Assembly: GCA_964397935.1 (NCBI GenBank)
Contig: CAYNLB010000006.1
Coordinates: 1 to 63,392 of the forward strand
Reading direction: 5' to 3'
From: an uncultured Mycobacterium sp.
GTDB taxonomy: Bacteria > Actinomycetota > Actinomycetes > Mycobacteriales > Mycobacteriaceae
Length of the DNA stretch: 63,392 nucleotides
The notes beneath the pieces are model-generated. The model worked only from the letters and a program-made list of their open reading frames with translations, was not told the DNA's origin and did not search any database. Position 1 is the stretch's first letter, and each line of letters begins with the position of its first letter. Shown in pieces: positions 10,323 to 19,906 of this stretch. The translations under genes were made by a program, and so were the position numbers.

Positions 10323-11555
10323 TCACGCCAGCGAATAGCGCACCGGCAGGTGTTTGAGACCACCGACGAAGGTCGTGGCGACGAGTTGCGGGTCACCGGT
10401 CAGTTCAATGGATTTGAGCCGAGGCAGCAACTCGGAGAAGAAGCTGCTGACCTCCATGCGGGCCAGCGCGGCACCCATGCAGAAGTGCACGCCGTAGCCG
10501 AAGGCCAGATGTTTGTTGGGCTCGCGCCCGACGTCGAATCGGAACGGGTCATCGAAGACGTCCTCGTCGCGGTTGCCCGACACATAGGACAACAGCACGG
10601 ATTCTCCCGCGGCGATCGGTACTCCGCGCACGACCGTGTCTTCGGCGGCGGTGCGCATGAATTCCTTGACCGGGGTAACCCAGCGGATCATCTCCTCGGT
10701 GGCCAGCGGCATCAAGTCGAGGTTGTCTCGCAGGCGCTCGAGCTGATCTGGATTCTCGATGAGCGCCTGCATGCCACCGGAGATGGTCGCACTGGTGGTG
10801 TCGTGACCTGCGGTGGCGACGATGAGGTAATAGGACACGGTGTCGATATCCGACAACGGTTCGCCGTCGATGCGAGCGTTGGCGATCGCTGAGGCGAGAT
10901 CCTCGGTCGGATGCTCGCGGCGGGAAGCGGTCACCGTGTTGAAGTAACCGAACATGTCGAGCAGCGCCGGCAGCTGCTCTTCGTTTGTGGTGCCCCGTTT
11001 GAATTCGGAGTCATCGCTGCCGAACAATTCCTGGGTCAGCTTGAGCATGCGCGGGAAGTCGGCCTCGGGTAGGCCCAGCAGCGACATGATCACGTAGAGC
11101 GGGTAGTTGACCGCGACCTCCTGAACGAAGTCGCACTCCGGGCCTGCGGCCAGCATCTGGTCGACGTAGATCTTGGCCAGTTCGTCCACACGAACCTTCA
11201 TGGCCCGCATGGCCTTTGGGCGAAACCAGTCCGAACCGATCGCCCGCACCACGCGGTGCTGCGGATCGTCCAGGTGGATCAGCGTGCGTACGCCCACCGC
11301 GGCCGCCTGTTCGTCACCCTCGGCGGTGGTCAGCACCGGGCGCGGCCAGTTGGTGAACAGCATGTTGTCGCGCTCGATGTCCATGATGTCGGCGTGTTTG
11401 GTGATCGCCCAGAACGGCCGGTAATTGGGCACCTCGACCCACGCCACCGGTGCGCCGGCCCGCAGGTGAGCCAGCACGGCGTGCAAACTCCGCTCGTCGG
11501 TGTACGCCATTGGATCCGCGAAGACCTTGGCGGCCTGGTCTAGGGTTGTGCTCAC
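10323..11555 (-). CDS. Cytochrome P450 (CYP108-like by recall)
   Basis: AGHDTT, EMIR, FGYGVHFCMG; start set at the GTG overlapping the LLM stop (GTGA). Confidence 0.93.
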   Translation of the reverse strand: MSTTLDQAAKVFADPMAYTDERSLHAVLAHLRAGAPVAWVEVPNYRPFWAITKHADIMDIERDNMLFTNWPRPVLTTAEGDEQAAAVGVRTLIHLDDPQHRVVRAIGSDWFRPKAMRAMKVRVDELAKIYVDQMLAAGPECDFVQEVAVNYPLYVIMSLLGLPEADFPRMLKLTQELFGSDDSEFKRGTTNEEQLPALLDMFGYFNTVTASRREHPTEDLASAIANARIDGEPLSDIDTVSYYLIVATAGHDTTSATISGGMQALIENPDQLERLRDNLDLMPLATEEMIRWVTPVKEFMRTAAEDTVVRGVPIAAGESVLLSYVSGNRDEDVFDDPFRFDVGREPNKHLAFGYGVHFCMGAALARMEVSSFFSELLPRLKSIELTGDPQLVATTFVGGLKHLPVRYSLA

Positions 11556-12574
11556 TCGCAAAACTCCTTCAGTATGGCGGTAACACAGGACTGTGCGGCG
11601 GTCGGAAAGATCGGCAGGACGCGGTCTACGGTGCCCTCGCAGCGACGCCGGAGAGCCGCCGCGACGGTGTCGGCCGGGCCGACGACCGCGAACGTCGCGA
11701 GCATCTCGTCGTCGATCAGCGCTCCCATGGCGTCCCACTCCCCTTCCAGGGAGAGTCGGTGCAATTCGGTGTGCAGGTCGCCCCACCCGTGCAGGTCCAA
11801 GACCTTGCGGTACGCGGGCGTTGATCCGTAGAACGCGATCTGCCTGCGCACGGCGGTAGTGGCGGCCGCCAGCCCGGCGCCGTCCTCGCCGGTTGCCACC
11901 ATCACCTCGGTGCACACTTCGAAGTCGTCGCGACCGCGGCCGGAGCACCGCATACCGCGCTCCAGGGCGGGAACGGTCACCTCGTCGAGATAGCGCTTCG
12001 AAACCATGGGGTGACCGAGGTGCCCGTCGGCGACCTCGCCGCACGTCTCGGTCATCGCTTCACCGACGGCGGCGAGGAAGATCTTCGGTGCGGGATAGGG
12101 CTGCGACTCCGGGGTGAACATCGGGGTCATGATCTTGTGGGTGTAGAAGTCCCCCTCGAATGAAAGCTTGGCGCCGTCCTGCCACGCGGACCAGATCGCA
12201 TGCAAGGCGGAGACGAACTCGCGCATTCGGCGCGCTGGATGACTCCACGGCATGCTGAACCGCTTCTCGATGTGGGGCCGGATCTGGGTGCCCAGCCCAA
12301 GGATGAACCGGCCCTTGGAGTATGCCTGCAGGTCCCAACCGACGTTGGCGACAATCATCGGGTTGCGTGCGAAGGCCACCGCGATGTTGGTGCCGAGCTC
12401 GAGTCGTGTGGTGTGTTCGGCGGCCAGCAGCAAAGGCAGAAACGGGTCATGACTGGTTTCGGCCGTCCAGCCCCCGTCATACCCGTCTCGCTCCAGCGCG
12501 CCGGCCGCGCCGGCCGCCCGATCCAGGCGATTGGGGATGCCCCCGTCGATCTTGAGGCGGGGGGCACGACCCAT
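11552..12574 (-). CDS. LLM-class, probably F420-dependent oxidoreductase (MSMEG_2256-type by recall)
   Basis: WTAETSHDPF, IAVAFARNP, GRFILGLG, FYGSTPAY. Confidence 0.88.
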   Translation of the reverse strand: MGRAPRLKIDGGIPNRLDRAAGAAGALERDGYDGGWTAETSHDPFLPLLLAAEHTTRLELGTNIAVAFARNPMIVANVGWDLQAYSKGRFILGLGTQIRPHIEKRFSMPWSHPARRMREFVSALHAIWSAWQDGAKLSFEGDFYTHKIMTPMFTPESQPYPAPKIFLAAVGEAMTETCGEVADGHLGHPMVSKRYLDEVTVPALERGMRCSGRGRDDFEVCTEVMVATGEDGAGLAAATTAVRRQIAFYGSTPAYRKVLDLHGWGDLHTELHRLSLEGEWDAMGALIDDEMLATFAVVGPADTVAAALRRRCEGTVDRVLPIFPTAAQSCVTAILKEFCE

Positions 12575-12585
12575 GCGGGTAACTT

Positions 12586-12604
12586 TACAGTAAGCGATCC
12601 AGTA
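12586..12604. promoter_or_regulatory. Putative 19-bp cluster operator, copy 2 (TACAGTAA-GCG-ATCCAGTA)
   Basis: Halves match 7/8 and 6/8; lies in the divergent LLM/carboxyltransferase promoter. Confidence 0.65.
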
Positions 12605-12622
12605 TGTGACCCTGCTCATCTA

Positions 12623-12695
12623 GCGGCGATCGCAAGCACGGCCTAGCCGGGCGCTGGGGGCACCTCCTGCGTGCGGGGGCCGGGTCGCCACCATC
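12623..12695. repeat. Mycobacterial interspersed (MIRU/REP-like) intergenic element
   Basis: GCGGCGATCGCAAGC...GGGTCGCCACCATC frame with an internal GGGGGCACCTCCTGCGTGCGGGGG resembling the long-MIRU insert (recalled). Confidence 0.6.
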
Positions 12696-12739
12696 GGACT
12701 GGGCGCGCGACTCTCAGCTGCACGAGGTAGGACAGAAGC

Positions 12740-14245
12740 ATGACAAAACCCCAGGATTGGGACGCGACGCTGGACGATCTCGACCGGCGCCGTCAGCGCG
12801 CGTGGGCCATGGGCGGACCGGAGCGGCTCGACAAGCATCGCGGCAAGGGCAAGCTCGATGCTCGCGCGCGGATCGACCGGCTGCTCGACCCCGGGACATT
12901 CCGCGAGCTCGGCACCCTCGTCGGTGGCGAGCTCGCCGCCGATGGGATCGTCGTCGGATCCGGGGAGATCAACGGCTCTCCGGTGATGGTTGGTGGAGAG
13001 GATTTCACCACCATGGCCGGCAGCATCGGGCCCGGGGGCAACTCCAAGCGCTATCGCATCGCCGAACTTGCCTTGCGCGACAAGATTCCGCTGGTGATGC
13101 TGCTCGAAGGTGCCGGCTTCCGTCCCACCGGCGGGCACTACGGGCGCACTCCGACGGACCTGCTCGCCCAGGCGCAGTGCTCGGGCCGGGTTCCGACCGT
13201 CGCCGCGGTGCTCGGCCCCTCGGCCGGGCACGGTGCCCTGGTGGCTCCGGTCTGCGACTTTCGCATCATGAGTCAGCAGGGCGCGATCTTCACCGCGGGG
13301 CCTCCCGTCGTCAAAGAGTCCACCGGAGAGGACATCTCGAAAGAGGACCTCGGTGGACCCGGCGTCGCCCTGCCCAGCGGGGTGATCCACAACGTGGCCG
13401 AAGACGACGAGGCCGTGCTTGACGACATCCGCTGTTACCTGTCGTACTTCCCGCCCAGTGCGTGGTCCTACCCGGCGCAGCTGCCCCCCTCCGAAACGGG
13501 GGCAACCAGCGAGCCGCGGCAAACCCCGGAGTTGCTCGACATCGTCTCCCGCGACAACCGCAGGGTCTATGACATGCGCTCCGTGCTCGAAGTGGTCTTC
13601 GATCGGCCGGACTGGTTCGAGGTTCAGCCACAGTTCGGCAAGGCGATCATCTGCGCGCTGGCCCACCTCGGCGGCCACCCGGTAGCGGTGGTGGCCAATC
13701 AGCCTCAGGTGCTCGCCGGGTCGATCGACGCCGATGCCGCGGACAAAGCGGCACACTTCATCATGGTGGCCGACTCGTTTCACCTGCCGATCGTCTTTCT
13801 CGCCGACAACCCCGGCATGCTGCCCGGCAGCCGGTCCGAGCGCAGCGGCGTGCTGCGTGCCGGCGGGCGGATGTTCGCCGCCCAGACCGCGGCCACCACG
13901 GTGAAGCTGCATGTCACGCTGCGTAAGGCGTACGGTTTCGGGTCCATGGTCATGTCGCTGCTGGGTTTCGACCACCAGGTTGCGACCTTCGCCTACCCGG
14001 GCGCGACGATGGGCGCGATGAGTGCCGCAGCGCTCAGTCGCGCATCACATGCCGGCGAAGACCTTTCCGCCAAGCTGCGCGATGCCGAGCTGCAGGCGTC
14101 TTACCGGTCGGCGGAACACATGGGTTTCGACGAACTCATCGATCCCCGGGATACCCGTGACGCGCTGCTCGCCGCCTTGCAGCGCGGCCTCTCCAGCCGG
14201 CAGGCCGCCGCCGAACCGGTGTCGCGCACCGTCATCCTGCCGTGA
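12740..14245 (+). CDS. Acyl-CoA carboxylase carboxyltransferase (beta) subunit
   Basis: GKLDARARI..LLDPGTF, DFTTMAGS, VVANQP, DNPGMLPG, LRKAYG. Confidence 0.92.
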   Translation: MTKPQDWDATLDDLDRRRQRAWAMGGPERLDKHRGKGKLDARARIDRLLDPGTFRELGTLVGGELAADGIVVGSGEINGSPVMVGGEDFTTMAGSIGPGGNSKRYRIAELALRDKIPLVMLLEGAGFRPTGGHYGRTPTDLLAQAQCSGRVPTVAAVLGPSAGHGALVAPVCDFRIMSQQGAIFTAGPPVVKESTGEDISKEDLGGPGVALPSGVIHNVAEDDEAVLDDIRCYLSYFPPSAWSYPAQLPPSETGATSEPRQTPELLDIVSRDNRRVYDMRSVLEVVFDRPDWFEVQPQFGKAIICALAHLGGHPVAVVANQPQVLAGSIDADAADKAAHFIMVADSFHLPIVFLADNPGMLPGSRSERSGVLRAGGRMFAAQTAATTVKLHVTLRKAYGFGSMVMSLLGFDHQVATFAYPGATMGAMSAAALSRASHAGEDLSAKLRDAELQASYRSAEHMGFDELIDPRDTRDALLAALQRGLSSRQAAAEPVSRTVILP

Positions 14246-14253
14246 TTCTTTAG

Positions 14254-14309
14254 CGCGAGCGCGTGTACACGGCACACCGTTGGAGCGTGTCATTTTGCGG
14301 ACGCTCGCG
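14254..14309. repeat. REP-like inverted-repeat element between convergent genes
   Basis: CGCGAGCG (14254-14261) pairs with CGCTCGCG (14302-14309). Confidence 0.5.
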
Positions 14310-14312
14310 GCA

Positions 14313-15356
14313 CTAGGCGTCGGTCCGATACGCCGCGACCACGGGCTCTAGCTCGTCCGGCGTGGCGCCGTGCATGATGAGCGCGTCGGCGCCGTAGTCG
14401 AATTCCTTGCGGATGCGGTCCACGCACTGCCGGGCCGATCCCGTTGCCGACGGTTCCAGCCATTCGGCGGGAATCAGCGTCGCGATGTGCTCGATCTGCT
14501 CGGGCGTGGCCTTGTGATCGATTCCGCCGGCGATCGACGTCACCACCGGATCCTCCCGGAAACGTTGCAGCACAGCGGGATCCCAGCCGTTGGTCCGCAC
14601 CAGCAGGTCGCCGTAGCCCTGCAGGTAGGTGGCCAGGCGGGCGACGGTCTTCTTCAGCCGCAGCGGTTCGGGCAGGTGGTCGCCGACCGTGGCGAAGCAC
14701 GACCATACCCGCACGCTGTCGGGGTCGCGGCCCGCCTTCTCCGCGGCAGTTTTGACGGTTTTGACGCAGCGCTGCAACGTTTCCGGGGTGAAGTAGGTGT
14801 GCAGTATGACGTCGTCGAAGGTGCGACCACCGAGCGCGAGCGTGTTGGGCCCGAAAGCCACCAGCGCCAATCGGATGTCTTCGTTGAAGTCCGGGTCGAG
14901 AAATAGAATGGGGTATTTCCCCATCGGGCCGTCATGGTTGAAGATCACCTCGCCATGCCACAGACGCCGCATGACTTGGGCCCAATCCTCCATCTGCGCG
15001 GTCGTGACGGCCGGTATGCCGAAAGCGCCGTAGATGGCGGCGATGCCGCGGCCGATGCCCAACGTGAACCGACCGCCGGAGAGCCGGTGCATCGTGGTCC
15101 CCCACGATGCGGTGATCAGCGGATGACGGGTGTTGTGATTGGTTGCGGCCGTGGCGATCTGCATCCTGGTGGTCACCGCGCACGCGGCCCCGACGAGGGA
15201 TGATGCTTCCTTGACGTTCCAGCGCTCGGAGATGAATGCCGTGCCGAAGCCCATCTCTTCGCCGCGGCGAGCCTCGTCCATCAATGTGGCCGGCCCCTCA
15301 CCACCGGCGCCGGCCAGCAAGTAGTAGCCCAGCTCGTCGAGCGTGCGATCACTCAA
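14313..15356 (-). CDS. LLM-class, probably F420-dependent oxidoreductase (MSMEG_2249-type by recall)
   Basis: FISERWNVKE, TNHNTRHP, GRFTLGIGRG; TTGA overlap with the upstream gene. Confidence 0.87.
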   Translation of the reverse strand: MSDRTLDELGYYLLAGAGGEGPATLMDEARRGEEMGFGTAFISERWNVKEASSLVGAACAVTTRMQIATAATNHNTRHPLITASWGTTMHRLSGGRFTLGIGRGIAAIYGAFGIPAVTTAQMEDWAQVMRRLWHGEVIFNHDGPMGKYPILFLDPDFNEDIRLALVAFGPNTLALGGRTFDDVILHTYFTPETLQRCVKTVKTAAEKAGRDPDSVRVWSCFATVGDHLPEPLRLKKTVARLATYLQGYGDLLVRTNGWDPAVLQRFREDPVVTSIAGGIDHKATPEQIEHIATLIPAEWLEPSATGSARQCVDRIRKEFDYGADALIMHGATPDELEPVVAAYRTDA

Positions 15357-15733
15357 TTCCAAACCCCTAGCTTGTAGTCACAGTTCCAGACTTCGGTAAT
15401 TCTGCCTTCGACGACGCGGAACACCTCGATGCTGGCGACGTTGGTTGTGGCGCCGTCGGTGGTGGTCATGGTCGAGTCGTAGACGATCGCGACGTGCTCG
15501 CCATCGTCACCCTCGATGACGACCTTGAGGTCGAAGCGCAGCGAGTCGAATAGAGCCAGCATGTCCGCCACCCGTTGGACCGCCTGCGCGTGGGTCAGGG
15601 TACGCACCTCGCCGACGTCGTGCCGGATAACGGTTTCGCCCAACAACTCCTCGGCCAGGTCCAGGTTGCGTTCATTCCAGACCACGAGGTTGTAGAGTTC
15701 GACCACCTCGCGTGCGGTCCACGTGACTGCCAT
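15353..15733 (-). CDS. SnoaL/NTF2-like protein
   Basis: 126 aa; VWNERNLDLAEELL and IEVFRVVEGRITEVW; overlaps both neighbours. Confidence 0.8.
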   Translation of the reverse strand: MAVTWTAREVVELYNLVVWNERNLDLAEELLGETVIRHDVGEVRTLTHAQAVQRVADMLALFDSLRFDLKVVIEGDDGEHVAIVYDSTMTTTDGATTNVASIEVFRVVEGRITEVWNCDYKLGVWN

Positions 15734-16866
15734 CAGCCCGACACCGCGTCGCCCGCATTTTGCGAGGCCACCTCGCGCAGGAATCGCTCGGTGACCGTCT
15801 GCACGCGCCGGGAAAAGATGTGACCGACATGGCTGCCGTCGTACCAATGCAACTGACCATTCCAGCATTCCTGCAACGAGATCGCAGGCTCGCGCATCGC
15901 CATCCGGTCGTGCCAGGCTCCGACGATGAGCCGGCGATGCGGCAGGGGCGCGGGGTTCGTCCCGAGGGGATCGATCACCGAGGTCAGCTTGGCGACCTCG
16001 GGGGATTCCAACAGTTCCCGGAAGCCGTCACGGGAGGGCCCCCAGCGCCCCAGGTGTCGCGCGATCATCGCGTTGAGCCCCAGGATCGGCGTGTACAGCG
16101 CGACCGCATCGACCGTTCTCTCGAGGTGGGAGATCAGCGCGGCGACCGGGCTGCCCATCGAAATCCCTGCCACCACAACGGCGGTAGCCTGCGGCTGTGC
16201 CCAGCGGACAAGGGCGCGTATCTCCGAGACCGCACGCATCATGCCCGCGACGTTGCCCAATGGATCCACGTCCGGATAGGCCGGCCATTCACGGCGTCGG
16301 CAACCATGGCCGGGCTGCACCGGCATCGCGACGTTGAATCCCAGGCTGTGATGTATCCGGCCGATCCGGGACAGCAACAGGTCCTCGCTGCCGCCCTGGC
16401 CGGCACCGTGTATCCAGATCAGCCACGGCCTGGGGCCGTCGCGGTGCCGACACAGGTGCACGACCGCCCTGGCCGGGCCACCCAGACCGTCGGCCTCCAG
16501 CGTCGTCGGCAGCGCCGGGTCGTGCTCGAACGTCATCCGCTCGTACGCCAGGTTGGCGAGCCGGCGCCGCCGTACCGACGTCGCTCGCAACGGTTTCGGG
16601 TCGGCATGCGCACCGTCGATGCCGAGCGCCGACAGTTCTTCGGCGGCCGCGGCGCATCCCGTCAGCGGCCGCATCGCTTCCGGGCTCCCACTCAACAGCG
16701 AAAAACCGGTCAGCACAAGCTCGTCCAGCAGGACCTCGCCGAACTGACGCACGCCACGCGGCGATACCGGGGTCCAACCGGTCGACTCGTGCAGGCCGGC
16801 CACCGTCCGCGGTACCACCATCGCCACCTCGCGCACGACGTCCGGAGCCTTTGTCACCCAAGACAT
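15733..16866 (-). CDS. Alpha/beta hydrolase
   Basis: WIHGAG, nucleophile elbow GISMG, AWHD, GSHVGH. Confidence 0.82.
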   Translation of the reverse strand: MSWVTKAPDVVREVAMVVPRTVAGLHESTGWTPVSPRGVRQFGEVLLDELVLTGFSLLSGSPEAMRPLTGCAAAAEELSALGIDGAHADPKPLRATSVRRRRLANLAYERMTFEHDPALPTTLEADGLGGPARAVVHLCRHRDGPRPWLIWIHGAGQGGSEDLLLSRIGRIHHSLGFNVAMPVQPGHGCRRREWPAYPDVDPLGNVAGMMRAVSEIRALVRWAQPQATAVVVAGISMGSPVAALISHLERTVDAVALYTPILGLNAMIARHLGRWGPSRDGFRELLESPEVAKLTSVIDPLGTNPAPLPHRRLIVGAWHDRMAMREPAISLQECWNGQLHWYDGSHVGHIFSRRVQTVTERFLREVASQNAGDAVSG

Positions 16867-16886
16867 GACACTCACCTCGAACCCAG

Positions 16887-18497
16887 CTATGCCAGCTTGA
16901 AACCGGTGTATCCGCCGGCTGCGATTTCGTCGCAACGGCGCCGGTATTCGGGGATACCGCCGGTGTAGCCCATGTACATCCGCTTCTTGCCGGGCACATT
17001 GCCGCCGTTGTACCACGAGTTGCACGACGGGTGGACCAGGACGGTCGGCGCGACAAGCTCGGTGGTGTGGTCGATCCACTCCTGCTGCGCAGTGGCCAGC
17101 GCCTCGATGGTTCGGACCCCGCTATCACGTAGATGAGCGATGCAGTCACCGATCCATTCCACGTGCTGCTCGAGCGCGGCGACGAAGTTTGTCGTCGCGC
17201 TCGGGCTTCCCGGCCCCTGAACCATGAAGAGGTTCGGGAATCCGGCGACCGCCAATCCCAGATACGACAGCGGCCCCTCACCGGCCCAGAAGTCGGCGAG
17301 CGACTTTCCGTCGCGACCGCGGATGTCGATCCGGCTGAGCGCTCCCGTCATCGCGTCGAACCCAGTGGCGTAGACGATGACGTCGAGCTCGTAGTCGTCC
17401 CGCCCGGTGCGAATACCGGTCGACGTCACCTCGCGGATCGGCTCCTTGCGGAGGTCGACGAGCGTGACGTTGTCCCGGTTGAAAGTCTCGTAGTAGCCGA
17501 AGTCGATGATCGGGCGCTTGCAGGCGAAGGGATGGTCGGGAACCAGGGCGGCCGCCGTGTCGGGGTCCTTGACGATGCGGGCCACCGCCTCCCCGTACAG
17601 CTTGGCGGCCATCCGGTTGGCTTCGATATCGAAGAAGACGTCGCCCCAATTCAGGGCACCCATGACGCCGTGCTCCTCGACGGCGCGCACCTGCTCTTCG
17701 CGGGAGGCCGACTTCAACGGCGGCCTGCCGAGCATCTCGAACAGCACCGAGAATGCGCTCAGCCGGGCCGCGCCGATCGGGTGTTCCCGCTGCGCCGCGC
17801 GGATTTCGTGGTAGCGGGATTTCATCTCGTCCAGCTCGCCGGGCTCGAATCGCCGCACCTGCCACGGCAAGGTGTACGCCGGCGATCGCTGGAACACATA
17901 GAGCTGTAGGGCTTCTTGGGCCACGACCGGGATGAGTTGGACACCGGTCGATCCGGTGCCGATGACGCCGACCCGTTTGCCGGTCAGATCGCAGCCACCG
18001 CGGGGCCAGCGGCTGGTCAGCAGCGACGTTCCGGCGAAGGCGGCCATCCCGGGGATGTCGGGCTCGAGCGGTACCGACAGGATGCCGGAGGCGGCGATGA
18101 CGAACCGGGCGCGGAAAGTGTCGCCGGCCTCGGTCCGCACCTCCCACACGCCGGCTTCCTCATCGAACGCCATCGCGACGACCTTGGTGTCGAACTCGAT
18201 GTCGCGGCGCAGATCGAGCCGGTCGGCGACGAAGTTGAGGTAGGCCTCGATCTCCGGCTGCGCCGGCATCGACTCCGTCCACACCCATTCCTGCTGAATC
18301 TCCTCGGAGAAGCTGTAGGAGTATTCGACGCTTTCGATGTCGCATCGTGCACCCGGGTACCGGTTGAACAACCAGGTGCCACCGACGTTGTCGGCCATCT
18401 CCAGCACCCGGGTCCGGACGGCGAGCTGCCGCAGCCGATGCAGCATGTACAAGCCGGAGAATCCCGCGCCGATAACGAGCGCGTCGAGTTCGGTCAT
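16887..18497 (-). CDS. Baeyer-Villiger (flavin-containing) monooxygenase
   Basis: GAGFSG, GGTWLFNRYPGARCD, GTGSTG, ATGFDA; fingerprint reads FAGTSLLTSRWP. Confidence 0.93.
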   Translation of the reverse strand: MTELDALVIGAGFSGLYMLHRLRQLAVRTRVLEMADNVGGTWLFNRYPGARCDIESVEYSYSFSEEIQQEWVWTESMPAQPEIEAYLNFVADRLDLRRDIEFDTKVVAMAFDEEAGVWEVRTEAGDTFRARFVIAASGILSVPLEPDIPGMAAFAGTSLLTSRWPRGGCDLTGKRVGVIGTGSTGVQLIPVVAQEALQLYVFQRSPAYTLPWQVRRFEPGELDEMKSRYHEIRAAQREHPIGAARLSAFSVLFEMLGRPPLKSASREEQVRAVEEHGVMGALNWGDVFFDIEANRMAAKLYGEAVARIVKDPDTAAALVPDHPFACKRPIIDFGYYETFNRDNVTLVDLRKEPIREVTSTGIRTGRDDYELDVIVYATGFDAMTGALSRIDIRGRDGKSLADFWAGEGPLSYLGLAVAGFPNLFMVQGPGSPSATTNFVAALEQHVEWIGDCIAHLRDSGVRTIEALATAQQEWIDHTTELVAPTVLVHPSCNSWYNGGNVPGKKRMYMGYTGGIPEYRRRCDEIAAGGYTGFKLA

Positions 18498-18499
18498 CG

Positions 18500-18814
18500 C
18501 TACACACCACTCATCTTCAGGAGCGTTCGGGTCAAATGCAGGGTCTTGATCCGCCAGCGGCCGTCGTGCTTCTCGTACGTTTCGTGGTGGTGACCGGCGC
18601 CGTGCAACTCCCGGGCCCGGCCGAAATCGAAGCCGAAGACCAGCAGGTCTTCCATCGCCCAGATACCGGTTGCGGTGGTGGGCGAGGTCAGGGTGACCAC
18701 CACGTCGGTGCTGAACACGTTGCGCCGGGATTCGACGTCTTTGGCATCGAGAAAACGGCCGTAGCGAGCATTGAGCTGCCGGATGGCTGCCAGCTCGTCA
18801 GCCGCTCCTGTCAT
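18500..18814 (-). pseudogene. SnoaL_4/BaiE-like NTF2 protein, apparently with an internal deletion (104 aa)
   Basis: AIRQLNARYGRFLDAKD...F..DVV is joined directly to TLTSPTTATGIWAMED...GAGHHHETY..DGRWRI; the usual middle segment is absent. Confidence 0.6.
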
Positions 18815-18854
18815 TTCACTCCTTGCCGCACGCCGGCCGAACTGCTGAAATCTA

Positions 18855-18873
18855 TACTGTAACGGACTTAGTA
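18855..18873. promoter_or_regulatory. Putative 19-bp cluster operator, copy 3 (TACTGTAA-CGG-ACTTAGTA)
   Basis: Halves match 8/8 and 4/8; overlaps a TATACT -10-like hexamer in a divergent promoter. Confidence 0.6.
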
Positions 18874-18895
18874 TCGGGCAGGCGGAGGCTTCGGC

Positions 18896-19906
18896 GTGAA
18901 AGTTCCCTTCACTTGGAAGGTCACCGGGTGGTTCATGGTCGGCTGGTCCCCCGAATTCCCGATGGGCGAGGCGCGCCCCCTGCGCTACTTCGGCGAGGAC
19001 CTGGTCGCTTACCGCGACGAGTCCGGTGAGCTGCACGTTCTGGAAGCGCACTGCAAACACCTGGGCGCGCACATCGGCCACGGCGGCAAGGTGGTCGGCG
19101 ACTGCGTCGAGTGCCCCTTCCATGGTTGGCGCTGGGGCCCCGACGGCACCAATCGATATATCCCCTACCAACCGGACCGACCCAATCGCGCACTGCGGCT
19201 GCGGGTATATCCCGTGCGGGAACAGTACGAGTGCGTGTTCGTCTGGCACCAACCGGACGGCAAGGAGCCGCAATGGGAAATGCCGGACATCTTTCGCAAG
19301 TTCCCGCAGTTCGAGACCGATCCGGCCGCCTATTACCGGGCGTATCCCGAGTTCTCCCGACGTGCGGAACGCGAGCCGGTGCATCCGCAGATCGTGGCGG
19401 AGAACGCGCCCGACAGCGCACATTTCGAGTACGTGCACCACGCCACGGTGACGCCGCGGGTGCTGGACTGGAAGATCGTCGACCACGAATGGCAATTCGT
19501 TGCGGGTTGGCCGGACGCGCGCAGCGACAACCCGGAGGACCTCGCGTTGCGGTTCCACAGCCACTTGTTCGGCCTCGGCGGAGCGATCAGCGTCTTCGAG
19601 GGCGCGCAGAATCATCGGCTGATATTCACCTGCACGCCGGTCGATGACCAGTGTTCGGACCTGTTCTACTCAATCTGGTGGCCACGCATCCCCGGCGATG
19701 ACTCCGACGTGCCGGACGGGAAGCTGCGCGACCTCATCGAAAGACAATTCCTGTCCACCGTCTTCGACGATCTGCAGATCTGGCGCTATCAGAAATACGT
19801 GGAACATCCGGCACTCTCCAAGGTCGACGCGAAAGGGTATATGGCGCTGCGCAAATGGGCGACTCAGTTCTACGAGGTGCCGCCGGCGGTGACCGCGTCG
19901 ACATGA
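18896..19906 (+). CDS. Rieske [2Fe-2S] oxygenase (KshA/sterol oxygenase-like)
   Basis: CKHLG..CPFHGW Rieske motif; ENAPDSAHFEYVH and DDLQIW mononuclear iron ligands. Confidence 0.92.
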   Translation: MKVPFTWKVTGWFMVGWSPEFPMGEARPLRYFGEDLVAYRDESGELHVLEAHCKHLGAHIGHGGKVVGDCVECPFHGWRWGPDGTNRYIPYQPDRPNRALRLRVYPVREQYECVFVWHQPDGKEPQWEMPDIFRKFPQFETDPAAYYRAYPEFSRRAEREPVHPQIVAENAPDSAHFEYVHHATVTPRVLDWKIVDHEWQFVAGWPDARSDNPEDLALRFHSHLFGLGGAISVFEGAQNHRLIFTCTPVDDQCSDLFYSIWWPRIPGDDSDVPDGKLRDLIERQFLSTVFDDLQIWRYQKYVEHPALSKVDAKGYMALRKWATQFYEVPPAVTAST

